32,000 nt of DNA from NCBI RefSeq assembly GCF_000011325.1, contig NC_003450.3:870001-902000 (forward strand), read 5' to 3'. Both the position numbers and the translations under genes were made by a program. Below the pieces are notes generated by a model. The model was not told where the DNA came from and did no database searches. It was given only the letters and a program-made list of their open reading frames with translations. The stretch's first letter is position 1. Every line of letters begins with the position of its first letter. The DNA is from Corynebacterium glutamicum ATCC 13032. GTDB lineage: Bacteria; Actinomycetota; Actinomycetes; Mycobacteriales; Mycobacteriaceae. Of this stretch, positions 9,232-18,600 are shown one piece after another.

Positions 9232-9275
9232 GCATGAAACCAAAAAATACGATTTTCAAGGAGCATGTACAGCAC

Positions 9276-9632
9276 ATGGAAAAGCCACAGATTGAGCTAC
9301 CGGTCGGTCCAGCACCGGAAGATCTCGTAATCTCTGACATCATCGTTGGCGAAGGAGCAGAAGCCCGCCCAGGTGGAGAAGTTGAGGTCCACTATGTGGG
9401 CGTTGACTTTGAAACCGGCGAGGAGTTTGACTCTTCCTGGGATCGTGGACAGACCAGCCAGTTCCCACTCAACGGCCTCATTGCAGGTTGGCAAGAGGGA
9501 ATTCCAGGCATGAAGGTCGGCGGACGTCGTCAGCTGACCATTCCGCCAGAGGCTGCTTACGGCCCTGAGGGTTCCGGCCACCCACTGTCTGGCCGTACCC
9601 TGGTGTTCATCATCGATTTGATCAGCGCATAA
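9276..9632 (+). CDS. fkpA: FKBP-type peptidyl-prolyl cis-trans isomerase
   Basis: The track ORF starts at 9234. I prefer ATG 9276 (MEKPQIELPVGPAP.., 118 codons), which has AAGGAG upstream. FKBP core: VHYVGVDFETGEEFDSSWDRGQTSQFPLNGLIAGWQEGIPGMKVGGRRQLTIPPEAAYG. Confidence 0.85.
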   Translation: MEKPQIELPVGPAPEDLVISDIIVGEGAEARPGGEVEVHYVGVDFETGEEFDSSWDRGQTSQFPLNGLIAGWQEGIPGMKVGGRRQLTIPPEAAYGPEGSGHPLSGRTLVFIIDLISA

Positions 9633-9638
9633 TTTTCT

Positions 9639-11114
9639 TTACTGCGCTAAACGCTCAAATCGTGTGAAGCGACTGTCGCGTCCCGCCCTCTCCGGATTGT
9701 TATCCAATTCGGAGAGGGCGTTGCTGATTGTGCCGAGAATTTCTTCAACAAAGTGCTCGGTTTCGGCGACGATCCCGTCGATAAGCCCTTGGCTTAAAAG
9801 TGCGTGCGCCTGCACGCCTTGTCGCTCTATGATTTCCGCGGCGTGGTTGGTGTCGCGGAAGAGGATGGCCGAGGCGCCCTCTGGTGGCAATGCGGACAGC
9901 CACGCGTTTTCGGCCGCGTAGACCAGATCGGCGGGCAGCATGGCCAGCGCGCCACCGCCAACGCCCTGACCAATAATGACCGAAACGGTGGGGAGGGGAG
10001 CGTCGATAAGCTTGGACAAGGTGCGCGCAATCGAGCTTGCGATGCCGAGCTCCTCAGCCGCCTGCGACAATTCGGCGCCGGAGGTGTCGATGATGGACAC
10101 GATCGGCAGGTTTAGCTCGCGCGCCAGCGAAATGCCACGACGCGCAAAACGCAGCTCCTGCGGCCCAAGCGTGAAGCGGCGATCCTGCCCAATCAGCACC
10201 ACGGGCCGGCCCCCGATGCGCGCCAGGGCAACGCGCACAGCCGGGCTCAATGCGCCAGCACGCGCACCAGAAAGCTTGACGACGTCTGCCCCCAACGTTT
10301 CCATAATCTCCCCGATTCCAGGCCTCTGCGGGTCACGAGAACGCGCAATCGCCTCCATCACCGGAAGTGCCACGCCAGGAGTTGTTGGAGAAAAACGATC
10401 CGTTGCCTCTACCGGCTGAATAACCTTGAGGGTTTTTGCCACCGCTGCACGCAATTGGAGTGGCGACACAATTCCATCAATCACACCAGTTTTCACCAAA
10501 TTCTCCGCCTGCTGCACACCGTCTGGAAGCGCATGCCCAGTGGTTAACTCCACCACGCGAGGACCCAGGAAACCTATCTGCGCGCCGGGTTCCGCAAAAG
10601 TGAGATGCCCAGATGAACCCCACGAGGCCATGGCGCCACCCATCGTGGGATTGCGCAAATACACCAGGAACGGCAAATGCGCCTCGCGGTGACGCTGCAC
10701 AGCCGCGGTTATGGACACCATCATGACAAAAGCTCGATTGTCTTCCTGCATGCGCGCACCACCGGAAGCAGGGGAGACCAGCAGTGGGAGTTTCAGCTCT
10801 GTGGCGCGGTGAATCGCCTTCATGATGCGCACCGACGCGACCGTGCCCAAAGAACCGCCGAGGAAGGAAAAATCGGACAAAATAACGGCTACCGGAATGC
10901 CCTCCACGGTGCCTTCTCCAGTAATTACCGATTCATCGCATTTGGCCTTGCTTCGAGCCCGCTCCAAGGTCTCTGCATAGCCTTGATTGAGGTTGTCATA
11001 TTGGGGAGTTTCATTCCAAGAAATGAAGCTGTCAGGGTCCAAAACCGAGTCTATGAGCGTCAATGCTGAAGTGTGTTCCATGCCCCACACCATAGTCGGA
11101 AAACGCTTCTCCAC
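9639..11114 (-). CDS. accDA: Fused AccD(beta)-AccA(alpha)-type acyl/acetyl-CoA carboxylase carboxyltransferase
   Basis: The N-half carries the AccD-like block AVILSDFSFLGGSLG. The C-half carries AccA-like blocks GRPVVLIGQDRR, ARELNLPIVSIIDTSGA and GQGVGGGALAM. No N-terminal Cys4 zinc ribbon is present. The start is uncertain: GTG 11114, or the internal ATG codons giving MVWGMEHT... Confidence 0.8.
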   Translation of the reverse strand: MEKRFPTMVWGMEHTSALTLIDSVLDPDSFISWNETPQYDNLNQGYAETLERARSKAKCDESVITGEGTVEGIPVAVILSDFSFLGGSLGTVASVRIMKAIHRATELKLPLLVSPASGGARMQEDNRAFVMMVSITAAVQRHREAHLPFLVYLRNPTMGGAMASWGSSGHLTFAEPGAQIGFLGPRVVELTTGHALPDGVQQAENLVKTGVIDGIVSPLQLRAAVAKTLKVIQPVEATDRFSPTTPGVALPVMEAIARSRDPQRPGIGEIMETLGADVVKLSGARAGALSPAVRVALARIGGRPVVLIGQDRRFTLGPQELRFARRGISLARELNLPIVSIIDTSGAELSQAAEELGIASSIARTLSKLIDAPLPTVSVIIGQGVGGGALAMLPADLVYAAENAWLSALPPEGASAILFRDTNHAAEIIERQGVQAHALLSQGLIDGIVAETEHFVEEILGTISNALSELDNNPERAGRDSRFTRFERLAQ

Positions 11115-11331
11115 GGCCGAAAAATGGCTTTGTTAATTAATTCGAATGTCTCTGCATACCTATTTAGAGGCGGAAGATCTAAGCCCAATTTAGGCTATCG
11201 ATTGCGTAAAAAATGACGGATTATGCGTTTCATCTCACAAAACTACTTTTGCCTAGACGTCCCGAACATAGCCTAAAACCGGACAGAATGGTGACGTGTG
11301 AAGCCCGTTAACTATTGCACTGTTGTGTTTG

Positions 11332-11371
11332 CAATCTTTGCAAAAGGGGTATTTCGGGGTAAAGAGGGGGT
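11332..11371. promoter_or_regulatory. RamB-like box (CAATCTTTGCAAA, 11/13) abutting three RamA-like G-tracts phased 10 bp apart
   Basis: AGGGGT 11345-11350, CGGGGT 11355-11360 and AGGGGGT 11365-11371 fit the remembered RamA pattern (A/C/T)G4-6(T/C). The mctC operon is reported to be RamA/RamB controlled. Confidence 0.4.
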
Positions 11372-11646
11372 AGATCGGGAACTTTTATAAATGCAGGTAA
11401 AACACTACTTTTAAGTTTAAGTTAAGATATTGGGGGGAGTGAGTTTTCCAAATCGCTATCGCATTGCAATGTGAGTTAGGTAACTTCACATTCACACGTT
11501 TAGCTGTGATCGACAACATACTTCGTGGTCGTCGGCCAGATGTGGTGAGAAACATATAAGTTGCTTTATTTTAAAGCCGGCATTGCTTAGAGAGTGGCCG
11601 ATCACCGACTCCCGCTCGAGGGATATGAAAGCGAGATAAGTTTCCA

Positions 11647-11988
11647 GTGAATGCAGAACAAATCACCCAGGGGCGTCGCCAGCCGACGGCTCAAGAGTTT
11701 CGGGACATGCAGGCGAGCCCAGAATTTGGAGAGCTCCGCAGCAAGTTCCGTTCCTTTGCTTTCCCAATGACCGTTGCCTTCTTCTTGTGGTACGTCGTCT
11801 ACGTTCTGGTTGCATCCTTTGCATCAGAGTGGATGGCAACCCCAGTTTTCGGCGCAATCAACATTGGCCTAATCTTCGGCTTCCTTCAGTTCGTAACCAC
11901 ATTCGTCATTACTTACATCTATGTCATGTTTGCGAACAAGAACTTGGAGCCTCGTCAGGCTGCTATTCGCCAGAAGATGGAAGGTTAA
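11647..11988 (+). CDS. DUF485 small membrane protein (YjcH-like partner of the acetate/monocarboxylate permease)
   Basis: 113 codons starting at GTG. It has two hydrophobic helices (FPMTVAFFLWYVVYVLVASF.. and INIGLIFGFLQFVTTFVITYIYVMF). It ends 6 nt before mctC, which is the conserved yjcH-actP arrangement. Confidence 0.8.
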   Translation: MNAEQITQGRRQPTAQEFRDMQASPEFGELRSKFRSFAFPMTVAFFLWYVVYVLVASFASEWMATPVFGAINIGLIFGFLQFVTTFVITYIYVMFANKNLEPRQAAIRQKMEG

Positions 11989-11994
11989 TCAGAT

Positions 11995-13650
11995 ATGAAT
12001 TCCACTATTCTCCTTGCACAAGACGCTGTTTCTGAGGGCGTCGGTAATCCGATTCTTAACATCAGTGTCTTCGTCGTCTTCATTATTGTGACGATGACCG
12101 TGGTGCTTCGCGTGGGCAAGAGCACCAGCGAATCCACCGACTTCTACACCGGTGGTGCTTCCTTCTCCGGAACCCAGAACGGTCTGGCTATCGCAGGTGA
12201 CTACCTGTCTGCAGCGTCCTTCCTCGGAATCGTTGGTGCAATTTCACTCAACGGTTACGACGGATTCCTTTACTCCATCGGCTTCTTCGTCGCATGGCTT
12301 GTTGCACTGCTGCTCGTGGCAGAGCCACTTCGTAACGTGGGCCGCTTCACCATGGCTGACGTGCTGTCCTTCCGACTGCGTCAGAAACCAGTCCGCGTCG
12401 CTGCGGCCTGCGGTACCCTCGCGGTTACCCTCTTTTACTTGATCGCTCAGATGGCTGGTGCAGGTTCGCTTGTGTCCGTTCTGCTGGACATCCACGAGTT
12501 CAAGTGGCAGGCAGTTGTTGTCGGTATCGTTGGCATTGTCATGATCGCCTACGTTCTTCTTGGCGGTATGAAGGGCACCACATACGTTCAGATGATTAAG
12601 GCAGTTCTGCTGGTCGGTGGCGTTGCCATTATGACCGTTCTGACCTTCGTCAAGGTGTCTGGTGGCCTGACCACCCTTTTAAATGACGCTGTTGAGAAGC
12701 ACGCCGCTTCAGATTACGCTGCCACCAAGGGGTACGATCCAACCCAGATCCTGGAGCCTGGTCTGCAGTACGGTGCAACTCTGACCACTCAGCTGGACTT
12801 CATTTCCTTGGCTCTCGCTCTGTGTCTTGGAACCGCTGGTCTGCCACACGTTCTGATGCGCTTCTACACCGTTCCTACCGCCAAGGAAGCACGTAAGTCT
12901 GTGACCTGGGCTATCGTCCTCATTGGTGCGTTCTACCTGATGACCCTGGTCCTTGGTTACGGCGCTGCGGCACTGGTCGGTCCAGACCGCGTCATTGCCG
13001 CACCAGGTGCTGCTAATGCTGCTGCTCCTCTGCTGGCCTTCGAGCTTGGTGGTTCCATCTTCATGGCGCTGATTTCCGCAGTTGCGTTCGCTACCGTTCT
13101 CGCCGTGGTCGCAGGTCTTGCAATTACCGCATCCGCTGCTGTTGGTCACGACATCTACAACGCTGTTATCCGCAACGGTCAGTCCACCGAAGCGGAGCAG
13201 GTCCGAGTATCCCGCATCACCGTTGTCGTCATTGGCCTGATTTCCATTGTCCTGGGAATTCTTGCAATGACCCAGAACGTTGCGTTCCTCGTGGCCCTGG
13301 CCTTCGCAGTTGCAGCATCCGCTAACCTGCCAACCATCCTGTACTCCCTGTACTGGAAGAAGTTCAACACCACCGGCGCTGTGGCCGCTATCTACACCGG
13401 TCTCATCTCCGCGCTGCTGCTGATCTTCCTGTCCCCAGCAGTCTCCGGTAATGACAGCGCAATGGTTCCAGGTGCAGACTGGGCAATCTTCCCACTGAAG
13501 AACCCAGGCCTCGTCTCCATCCCACTGGCATTCATCGCTGGTTGGATCGGCACTTTGGTTGGCAAGCCAGACAACATGGATGATCTTGCTGCCGAAATGG
13601 AAGTTCGTTCCCTCACCGGTGTCGGTGTTGAAAAGGCTGTTGATCACTAA
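11995..13650 (+). CDS. mctC: Monocarboxylate (acetate/propionate/pyruvate) transporter, sodium:solute symporter family
   Basis: 551 codons encoding an ActP-like SSS protein. The locus context (DUF485 upstream, accDA and gltA nearby) matches C. glutamicum mctC. Confidence 0.9.
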   Translation: MNSTILLAQDAVSEGVGNPILNISVFVVFIIVTMTVVLRVGKSTSESTDFYTGGASFSGTQNGLAIAGDYLSAASFLGIVGAISLNGYDGFLYSIGFFVAWLVALLLVAEPLRNVGRFTMADVLSFRLRQKPVRVAAACGTLAVTLFYLIAQMAGAGSLVSVLLDIHEFKWQAVVVGIVGIVMIAYVLLGGMKGTTYVQMIKAVLLVGGVAIMTVLTFVKVSGGLTTLLNDAVEKHAASDYAATKGYDPTQILEPGLQYGATLTTQLDFISLALALCLGTAGLPHVLMRFYTVPTAKEARKSVTWAIVLIGAFYLMTLVLGYGAAALVGPDRVIAAPGAANAAAPLLAFELGGSIFMALISAVAFATVLAVVAGLAITASAAVGHDIYNAVIRNGQSTEAEQVRVSRITVVVIGLISIVLGILAMTQNVAFLVALAFAVAASANLPTILYSLYWKKFNTTGAVAAIYTGLISALLLIFLSPAVSGNDSAMVPGADWAIFPLKNPGLVSIPLAFIAGWIGTLVGKPDNMDDLAAEMEVRSLTGVGVEKAVDH

Positions 13651-13671
13651 ATCTAGTTTCTGAAGTTATTT

Positions 13672-13708
13672 AAACCGCCCACTCTCCAGTCGGAGGATGG
13701 GCGGTTTT
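13672..13708 (+). terminator. Rho-independent terminator of mctC
   Basis: Stem ACCGCCCA (13674-13681) / TGGGCGGT (13698-13705) with inner CTCC/GGAG pairing. A TTT(T) run follows to 13708. Confidence 0.75.
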
Positions 13709-13725
13709 CGCATGCAGTACTATTA

Positions 13726-14544
13726 GTGGACGTGTCAAGAACTTCTAAGGTTCACCCGGGATGGCGGGTGTCTACTGTCCTTTTAGCAGGAGTAGTTATT
13801 ATTGGCGGAATTTTTACTCTCCCTCAGAAGGAGGAAGTAAAGGTTTCCGAATTGCAGCCACAGGCCAGCGCTGCATCCATCCCGTCTTCATCTTCCACAG
13901 CTGGGAAAGCAGTGGAAGAAAGCCCTCTAACGCAGTTTGTGGAAAACTCGACAGGCTCCCAAATTACGTACATGAGCCTGAAAGACGATTTCCATACTGG
14001 CACGTCTACGGAACGTTTTGCGCGCCCAGCGTTAAGTTTGTCTAAGCTCTACATCGCTGAATATGTGCTCGAGCACGGCACGAATAATGAGAAGTCTTTG
14101 GCGATGGAAATGATCAAAGATTCCTCCGACGTATCCGCCGAAATCTTGTATGAGGCGTACCCAGAATCAATTGAGGAGATTGCGGATCAATACGGATTGC
14201 TCTCCACAAGGGGAGACGCGCACTGGGGATACTCGGTGACATCCACTTACGATTTGGTGAAATTTGTCAGCGCTCTCATTATCGATGATCCAGATTCACC
14301 GATCCTTGAAGCGATGCGTAATGCCAGCGCAGTCGCGGCTGACGGTTATCCGCAAGACTGGGGGACAGCGGTGCTTGATGAGGCAGAAGGATCCAAATGG
14401 GGATGGTCTGATGATCTCATGCTGCACTCCTCTGTGACCTTTGGCGAAGACTATGTTGTGGCAGCTGCTGTGACTGGATCAAAAGAAGACCTCACCCAAT
14501 TGGTGGAAAACCAATTGGGTGAGGTTGTGAGTCAGCACGGCTAG
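13726..14544 (+). CDS. Membrane-anchored serine hydrolase with a class A beta-lactamase-like fold
   Basis: It has an N-terminal TM helix (VSTVLLAGVVIIGGIFTL). The protein then shows an S-x-x-K context RFARPALSLSKLYIAEYVL, an SDN-like block MIKDSSDVSAEIL and a KTG-like block GSKWGWS. I see no omega-loop EPELN motif, so it is probably not a true beta-lactamase. Confidence 0.5.
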   Translation: MDVSRTSKVHPGWRVSTVLLAGVVIIGGIFTLPQKEEVKVSELQPQASAASIPSSSSTAGKAVEESPLTQFVENSTGSQITYMSLKDDFHTGTSTERFARPALSLSKLYIAEYVLEHGTNNEKSLAMEMIKDSSDVSAEILYEAYPESIEEIADQYGLLSTRGDAHWGYSVTSTYDLVKFVSALIIDDPDSPILEAMRNASAVAADGYPQDWGTAVLDEAEGSKWGWSDDLMLHSSVTFGEDYVVAAAVTGSKEDLTQLVENQLGEVVSQHG

Positions 14545-14545
14545 T

Positions 14546-15388
14546 TTAGCTAGATAGGGTGCCAAGAATCTTGATTACTTGGTTGATGGTGTCAGCATCA
14601 ATTCCAGTACCTGTTCCCGTGTTGGAGTTTCCAGGAATGGTGGGGATGGCATCGTCAACCGCGTTGCCTGGGGTCCACTGACCCCAGTCGTCTGCATAGA
14701 CATTGTTCATGTCGATGCCGACTCCGTCGAGGGTGTCCTTATCAATGCGGATCTGGTGGATGGTGGTGCGTGGGTGGATCTTTCCTTCTGATCCCCAGTT
14801 GTGCATCCAGAAGAATTCTCCAAGGCCGTCGGCGATAGCCCAATTAATGACGTTGTAGTTGCCGTAGACACCTAACTGGTAGCCGGCAGCGGACAGCGCA
14901 ACATTGAATGCCTGGAGGTAGGGGCGAATCTGATTGGTGTATTCAGACCAGCTTGGGTTGTCGTCGATCGCCACGTAGATGGGGCGATTTTTAGGGCCAC
15001 CAGCTGCCACGTGAAGCGCAATTGCCTGTGGAGCGTGGGTTGCCGCTCCTGCGGCGCCGTTCTTCCAATCGGCGGTCTCTGCCTTTCCGTATTGATAGAC
15101 GGATGCGGTTTTGAGGCCGTTTTGTTCAAAAGCTCGGGTTTCTGCCAGTGTGACTGGCTTGCCGATCATCCAGGATTCAGTGCCGGGGCGTCGCTGTGAC
15201 ACGTAACGGACAGCTCCAAGGTGCCCTGCATTTTTAATGGATGCTGCGCTGGGGACGCCTGCTGCGTAGTCGATGACGGTGCCCTTGATTGCTCCAAGGG
15301 CGTTGGCCTTTGGCATAAACATGCTGGCAGCGCCGATAGTGGCAAGTCCTGTGGTGGCTTTTAAGAAGCCTCGGCGGTTTATTTGCAT
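14546..15388 (-). CDS. Tat-exported DUF1906 (Rv2525c-like glycoside-hydrolase-fold) protein
   Basis: Twin-arginine signal MQINRRGFLKATTGLATIGAASMFMPKANA; I prefer ATG 15388 over TTG 15406. The body (VIDYAAGVPSAASIKNAGHLGAVRYVS..YQYGK..PIYVAIDDNP..LGVYGNY) fits the DUF1906 family. Confidence 0.75.
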   Translation of the reverse strand: MQINRRGFLKATTGLATIGAASMFMPKANALGAIKGTVIDYAAGVPSAASIKNAGHLGAVRYVSQRRPGTESWMIGKPVTLAETRAFEQNGLKTASVYQYGKAETADWKNGAAGAATHAPQAIALHVAAGGPKNRPIYVAIDDNPSWSEYTNQIRPYLQAFNVALSAAGYQLGVYGNYNVINWAIADGLGEFFWMHNWGSEGKIHPRTTIHQIRIDKDTLDGVGIDMNNVYADDWGQWTPGNAVDDAIPTIPGNSNTGTGTGIDADTINQVIKILGTLSS

Positions 15389-15507
15389 GTCCAAAAGTTC
15401 TCCCAAAAATAAGTATTAATCCCACCAGTAACAGTGGTTAACAATAACAACACTCATTTAAAAGGGCTAGGGGTGGGATTTTTCGACCTTTAACGACACC
15501 GTTATCT

Positions 15508-15523
15508 TGTGATGTTGCTCACG
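15508..15523. promoter_or_regulatory. CRP/GlxR-like palindrome TGTGATGTTGCTCACG in the divergent fasB / DUF1906 promoter region
   Basis: 9 of 10 half-site positions match TGTGA-N6-TCACA. The site is embedded in a longer imperfect inverted repeat at 15486-15532. Confidence 0.35.
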
Positions 15524-15671
15524 GTGAAAGGTTTGTTTCCTGCAAAAACAAGAAATTGCCAGAAAAACATGAGGGTTTAGTCATCTATTTCGGCTACGCT
15601 CACGTAACCTACGCATTCGTAAGTGGTCATGGGTCCAAGAAGCCCATTCCAAGACTTAGGAGCTTTATTTC

Positions 15672-18600
15672 GTGAGTATTTCTTCACTGACACCGCTGCA
15701 CTCTTTCAAAGAGCCAGCAATTCTGTACGCCGGTCAGGCTTCTGCCTGGCAGCAGGTGATCGCTGATTCCAGCGAAGACCACATCACCGCAACGCACCTG
15801 CGCGAGCTCCTGTCTCGCTCCCGTGCAAAGACTGCACCTTTCGCTCGCCAAATCACCGCCATCGTGCCTGGCTCACTTGCTCGTCTTGAGGAACTGACCC
15901 GCGAAGACGCACAAATCGGTGCAGACATCGACGCACAGCCTGCCGTTTCCATTCCAGGCATTCTGCTGGGACAGATCGCTGCAACCCGTCAGCTGCGTGA
16001 CCTCGGACTCGATGTCGCAGCAGCTTCCCGCCTTGGACACTCCCAGGGCATTTTGGGCGTTGAAGCAGTAGACAATGAAGAAGACGTTTTAGCTTTCGCC
16101 ATCCTGCTGGGCGCAGCAGCTTCCCAGTTCGCTGGCAAGGGCGCACATATGCTCTCTGTTCGCGGCCTGTCCCGTGAGATCATCCAGGACACCATCGCTG
16201 GTGTCGATGGGGTAGAGGTCTCCCTGCGCAACGCTCGTGCACACTTTGTTGTCTCTGGTAAGCCAGAGGCACTGAAGAAGGCTGCTGCTGCTCTACAGCG
16301 CGCAGCTGATGTTTACAACGAAGACATCAACGAAAAGCGCAAGGGTGGATCCCTGGCAGAGCCTAAGTTTGACTACTTGGATGTGGCCATTCCTTTCCAC
16401 CACTCCTCCATGCAGGACGCAGCCGACTTGGCTGTCGAGTGGGCAACCACCTGTGGCCTAAACGTCAACGCGCGCGCGTTGGCAGAAGCAATTCTAGTTA
16501 ACCCAGCTGACTGGGTTGAGCAGATCGCAAACCTCAAGGCTGATTACGTTCTTTCCCTCGATGCAGGCGTCAGCCGTTTCACCGCTCCATTGCTAGACGG
16601 TCGCGGAATCTCTTTGGTTCCTGCGTTCTCCGCTGCAGAGCGCGACAACTTGGCTCGCCCTGGCTTCCACGTTCCTACCGCTGAGGATTGGTCCGAGTTC
16701 GCTCCAAAGCTGGTTAAGCTTCCAAACGGTGAGCACAAGGTTCTCACCGGGTTCTCCCGCCTGACTGGTTATTCCCCAATCGTCCTGGCTGGCATGACCC
16801 CAACCACCGTTGATCCTGAGATCGTTGCAGCTGCAGCGAACGCTGGACACTGGGCCGAAATGGCCGGTGGCGGACAGTACTCTGAAGAAGTCTTCACCAA
16901 GAACAAGGAAAAGCTCGTTTCCCTGCTCAAGGTTGGACGCTCCGCACAGTTCAACTCCATGTTCTTCGACCGCTACATGTGGAACCTGCAGTTCGGTGCA
17001 CAGCGCATCGTTTCCAAGGCACGTGCAACCGGTACCTCCATCAACGGTGTTGTTGTCTCCGCTGGTATCCCAGAGGTTGAGGAAGCAACTGAGCTGATCA
17101 ACGATCTGAACGCTGATGGCTTCCCATACGTTGCATTCAAGCCAGGCACCGTGGATCAGATCCGCGCAACCCTGAAGATTGCTGATGCAAACCCAGAGAC
17201 CAAGATCATCATCCAGATCGAGGACGGACACGCTGGTGGCCACCACTCCTGGGTCAACTTGGACGATCTGCTCCTGACCACCTACGCAGAGCTGCGTTCC
17301 CGCAAGAACGTTGTCGTCATGATCGGTGGCGGCATCGGAACCCCTGCAAAGGCTGCTTACTACCTGACCGGTGAATGGTCCACCGATTTGGGCTTCCCAG
17401 CAATGCCAGTGGACGGCATCCTCGTGGGTACCGCTGCCATGGCAACCAAGGAAGCAACCACTTCTCCTCAGGTCAAGCAGGCACTGGTCGACACCCCAGG
17501 TGTTGATCCACACGACGCTGGCGGCTGGGTTGGCCGTGGCGATGCTCGTGGTGGCGTGACCTCTGGTCTGTCACACCTGCACGCTGACATGTACGAGCTG
17601 GACAACGATTCTGCTGCAGCTTCCCGCCTGATCTCTTCCATCGATTCTGATGATTACGCAGATCACCGCGAAGAGCTCATCGAGGCTATCAACAAGACCG
17701 CTAAGCCTTTCTTCGGCGAGGTCGAAGAGATGACTTACGCAGAGTGGATCCAGCGTTGGGTTGAGCTTGCTTACCCAACTCAGGACCCAACCTGGGATGA
17801 TCGTTTCCTCGATTTGGTTCACCGCATTGAAGCTCGTCTCAACGAGGCAGAGCACGGCGCCATCACCACACTGTTCCCAGACCATGCGTCTGTGGAAAAT
17901 GAGGAAGAGGCCGTCGAAAAGCTTCTTGCTGCTTACCCGCAGGCCCGCGAGATCCAGGTCTCTGCGCGCGACGCCGCGTGGTTTATTGGTCTGTGCCGCA
18001 AGCACCACAAGCCTATGCCTTGGGTTCCAGCAATCGATGCTGACCTAGCACGCTGGTGGGGCCTTGACACCCTGTGGCAGTCCCAGAACGAGCGCTACGG
18101 CGCGAACTCAGTCCGCGTTATCCCAGGACCAGTCTCCGTCGCCGGCATCGACCGTGTTGACGAGCCAGTTGCAGAGCTGCTCGGCCGCTTCGAAGCTGCC
18201 TGCGTTGACGCTCTCGACGGCGAGCCAGAAGAGATCTTCGCTCGCCTCAATGAGTCCAAGAACGAGCGCGAATTCCTGCTGGCTACCCCACACATCGTGT
18301 GGCACGGCAACCTGATCGACAACCCAGCTCACGTCCTCAACGAGGGTGCTTTCGAGCTCATCGAGGAGGATGGCTACTGGGTCATCCGTATCCTGGCTGA
18401 TTCCTACTTCGACGATCTGCCAGTTGAGCAGCGCCCATACCTGGTTCAGCATGTTGACATCCCAGTTGAGCTGGGTGACGCTGTTGCAACCGGTGGCTCC
18501 CCAGTTGTTTCCCGTGAGAAGCTGCCTGAGTCTGTCTTCGCACTTCTTGCTGGCGTTGCTGGTGTTGGATCTGTTTCCGCTGCTGGCGATGAGATCAAGG

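Noticed and set aside
9234-9275. N-terminal extensions offered by the ORF track (fkpA 9234; also 1738, 5919, 7124 and 15406 for other genes)
   Set aside because: Downstream ATG codons give N-termini that match family expectations: a signal peptide, a conserved first block, or an adjacent SD. The upstream TTG/GTG/ATG codons are kept only as alternatives.
12709-13647. 312-aa minus-strand ORF opposite mctC
   Set aside because: Same antisense codon-bias artefact. It has no membrane or enzyme motif and no RBS.
15418-15480. 9-bp inverted repeat AATCCCACC / GGTGGGATT followed by T5, resembling a terminator
   Set aside because: The 45-nt loop is too long for an intrinsic terminator. No plus-strand gene ends upstream of it. 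It lies in the divergent promoter region, so its function is undetermined and the evidence is weak.
16466-16481. 16-bp perfect palindrome CAACGCGCGCGCGTTG with a (CG)5 core inside fasB
   Set aside because: It encodes N-A-R-A-L in frame. A palindrome of this length is expected about 0.5 times by chance in the window, and it has no regulatory context.
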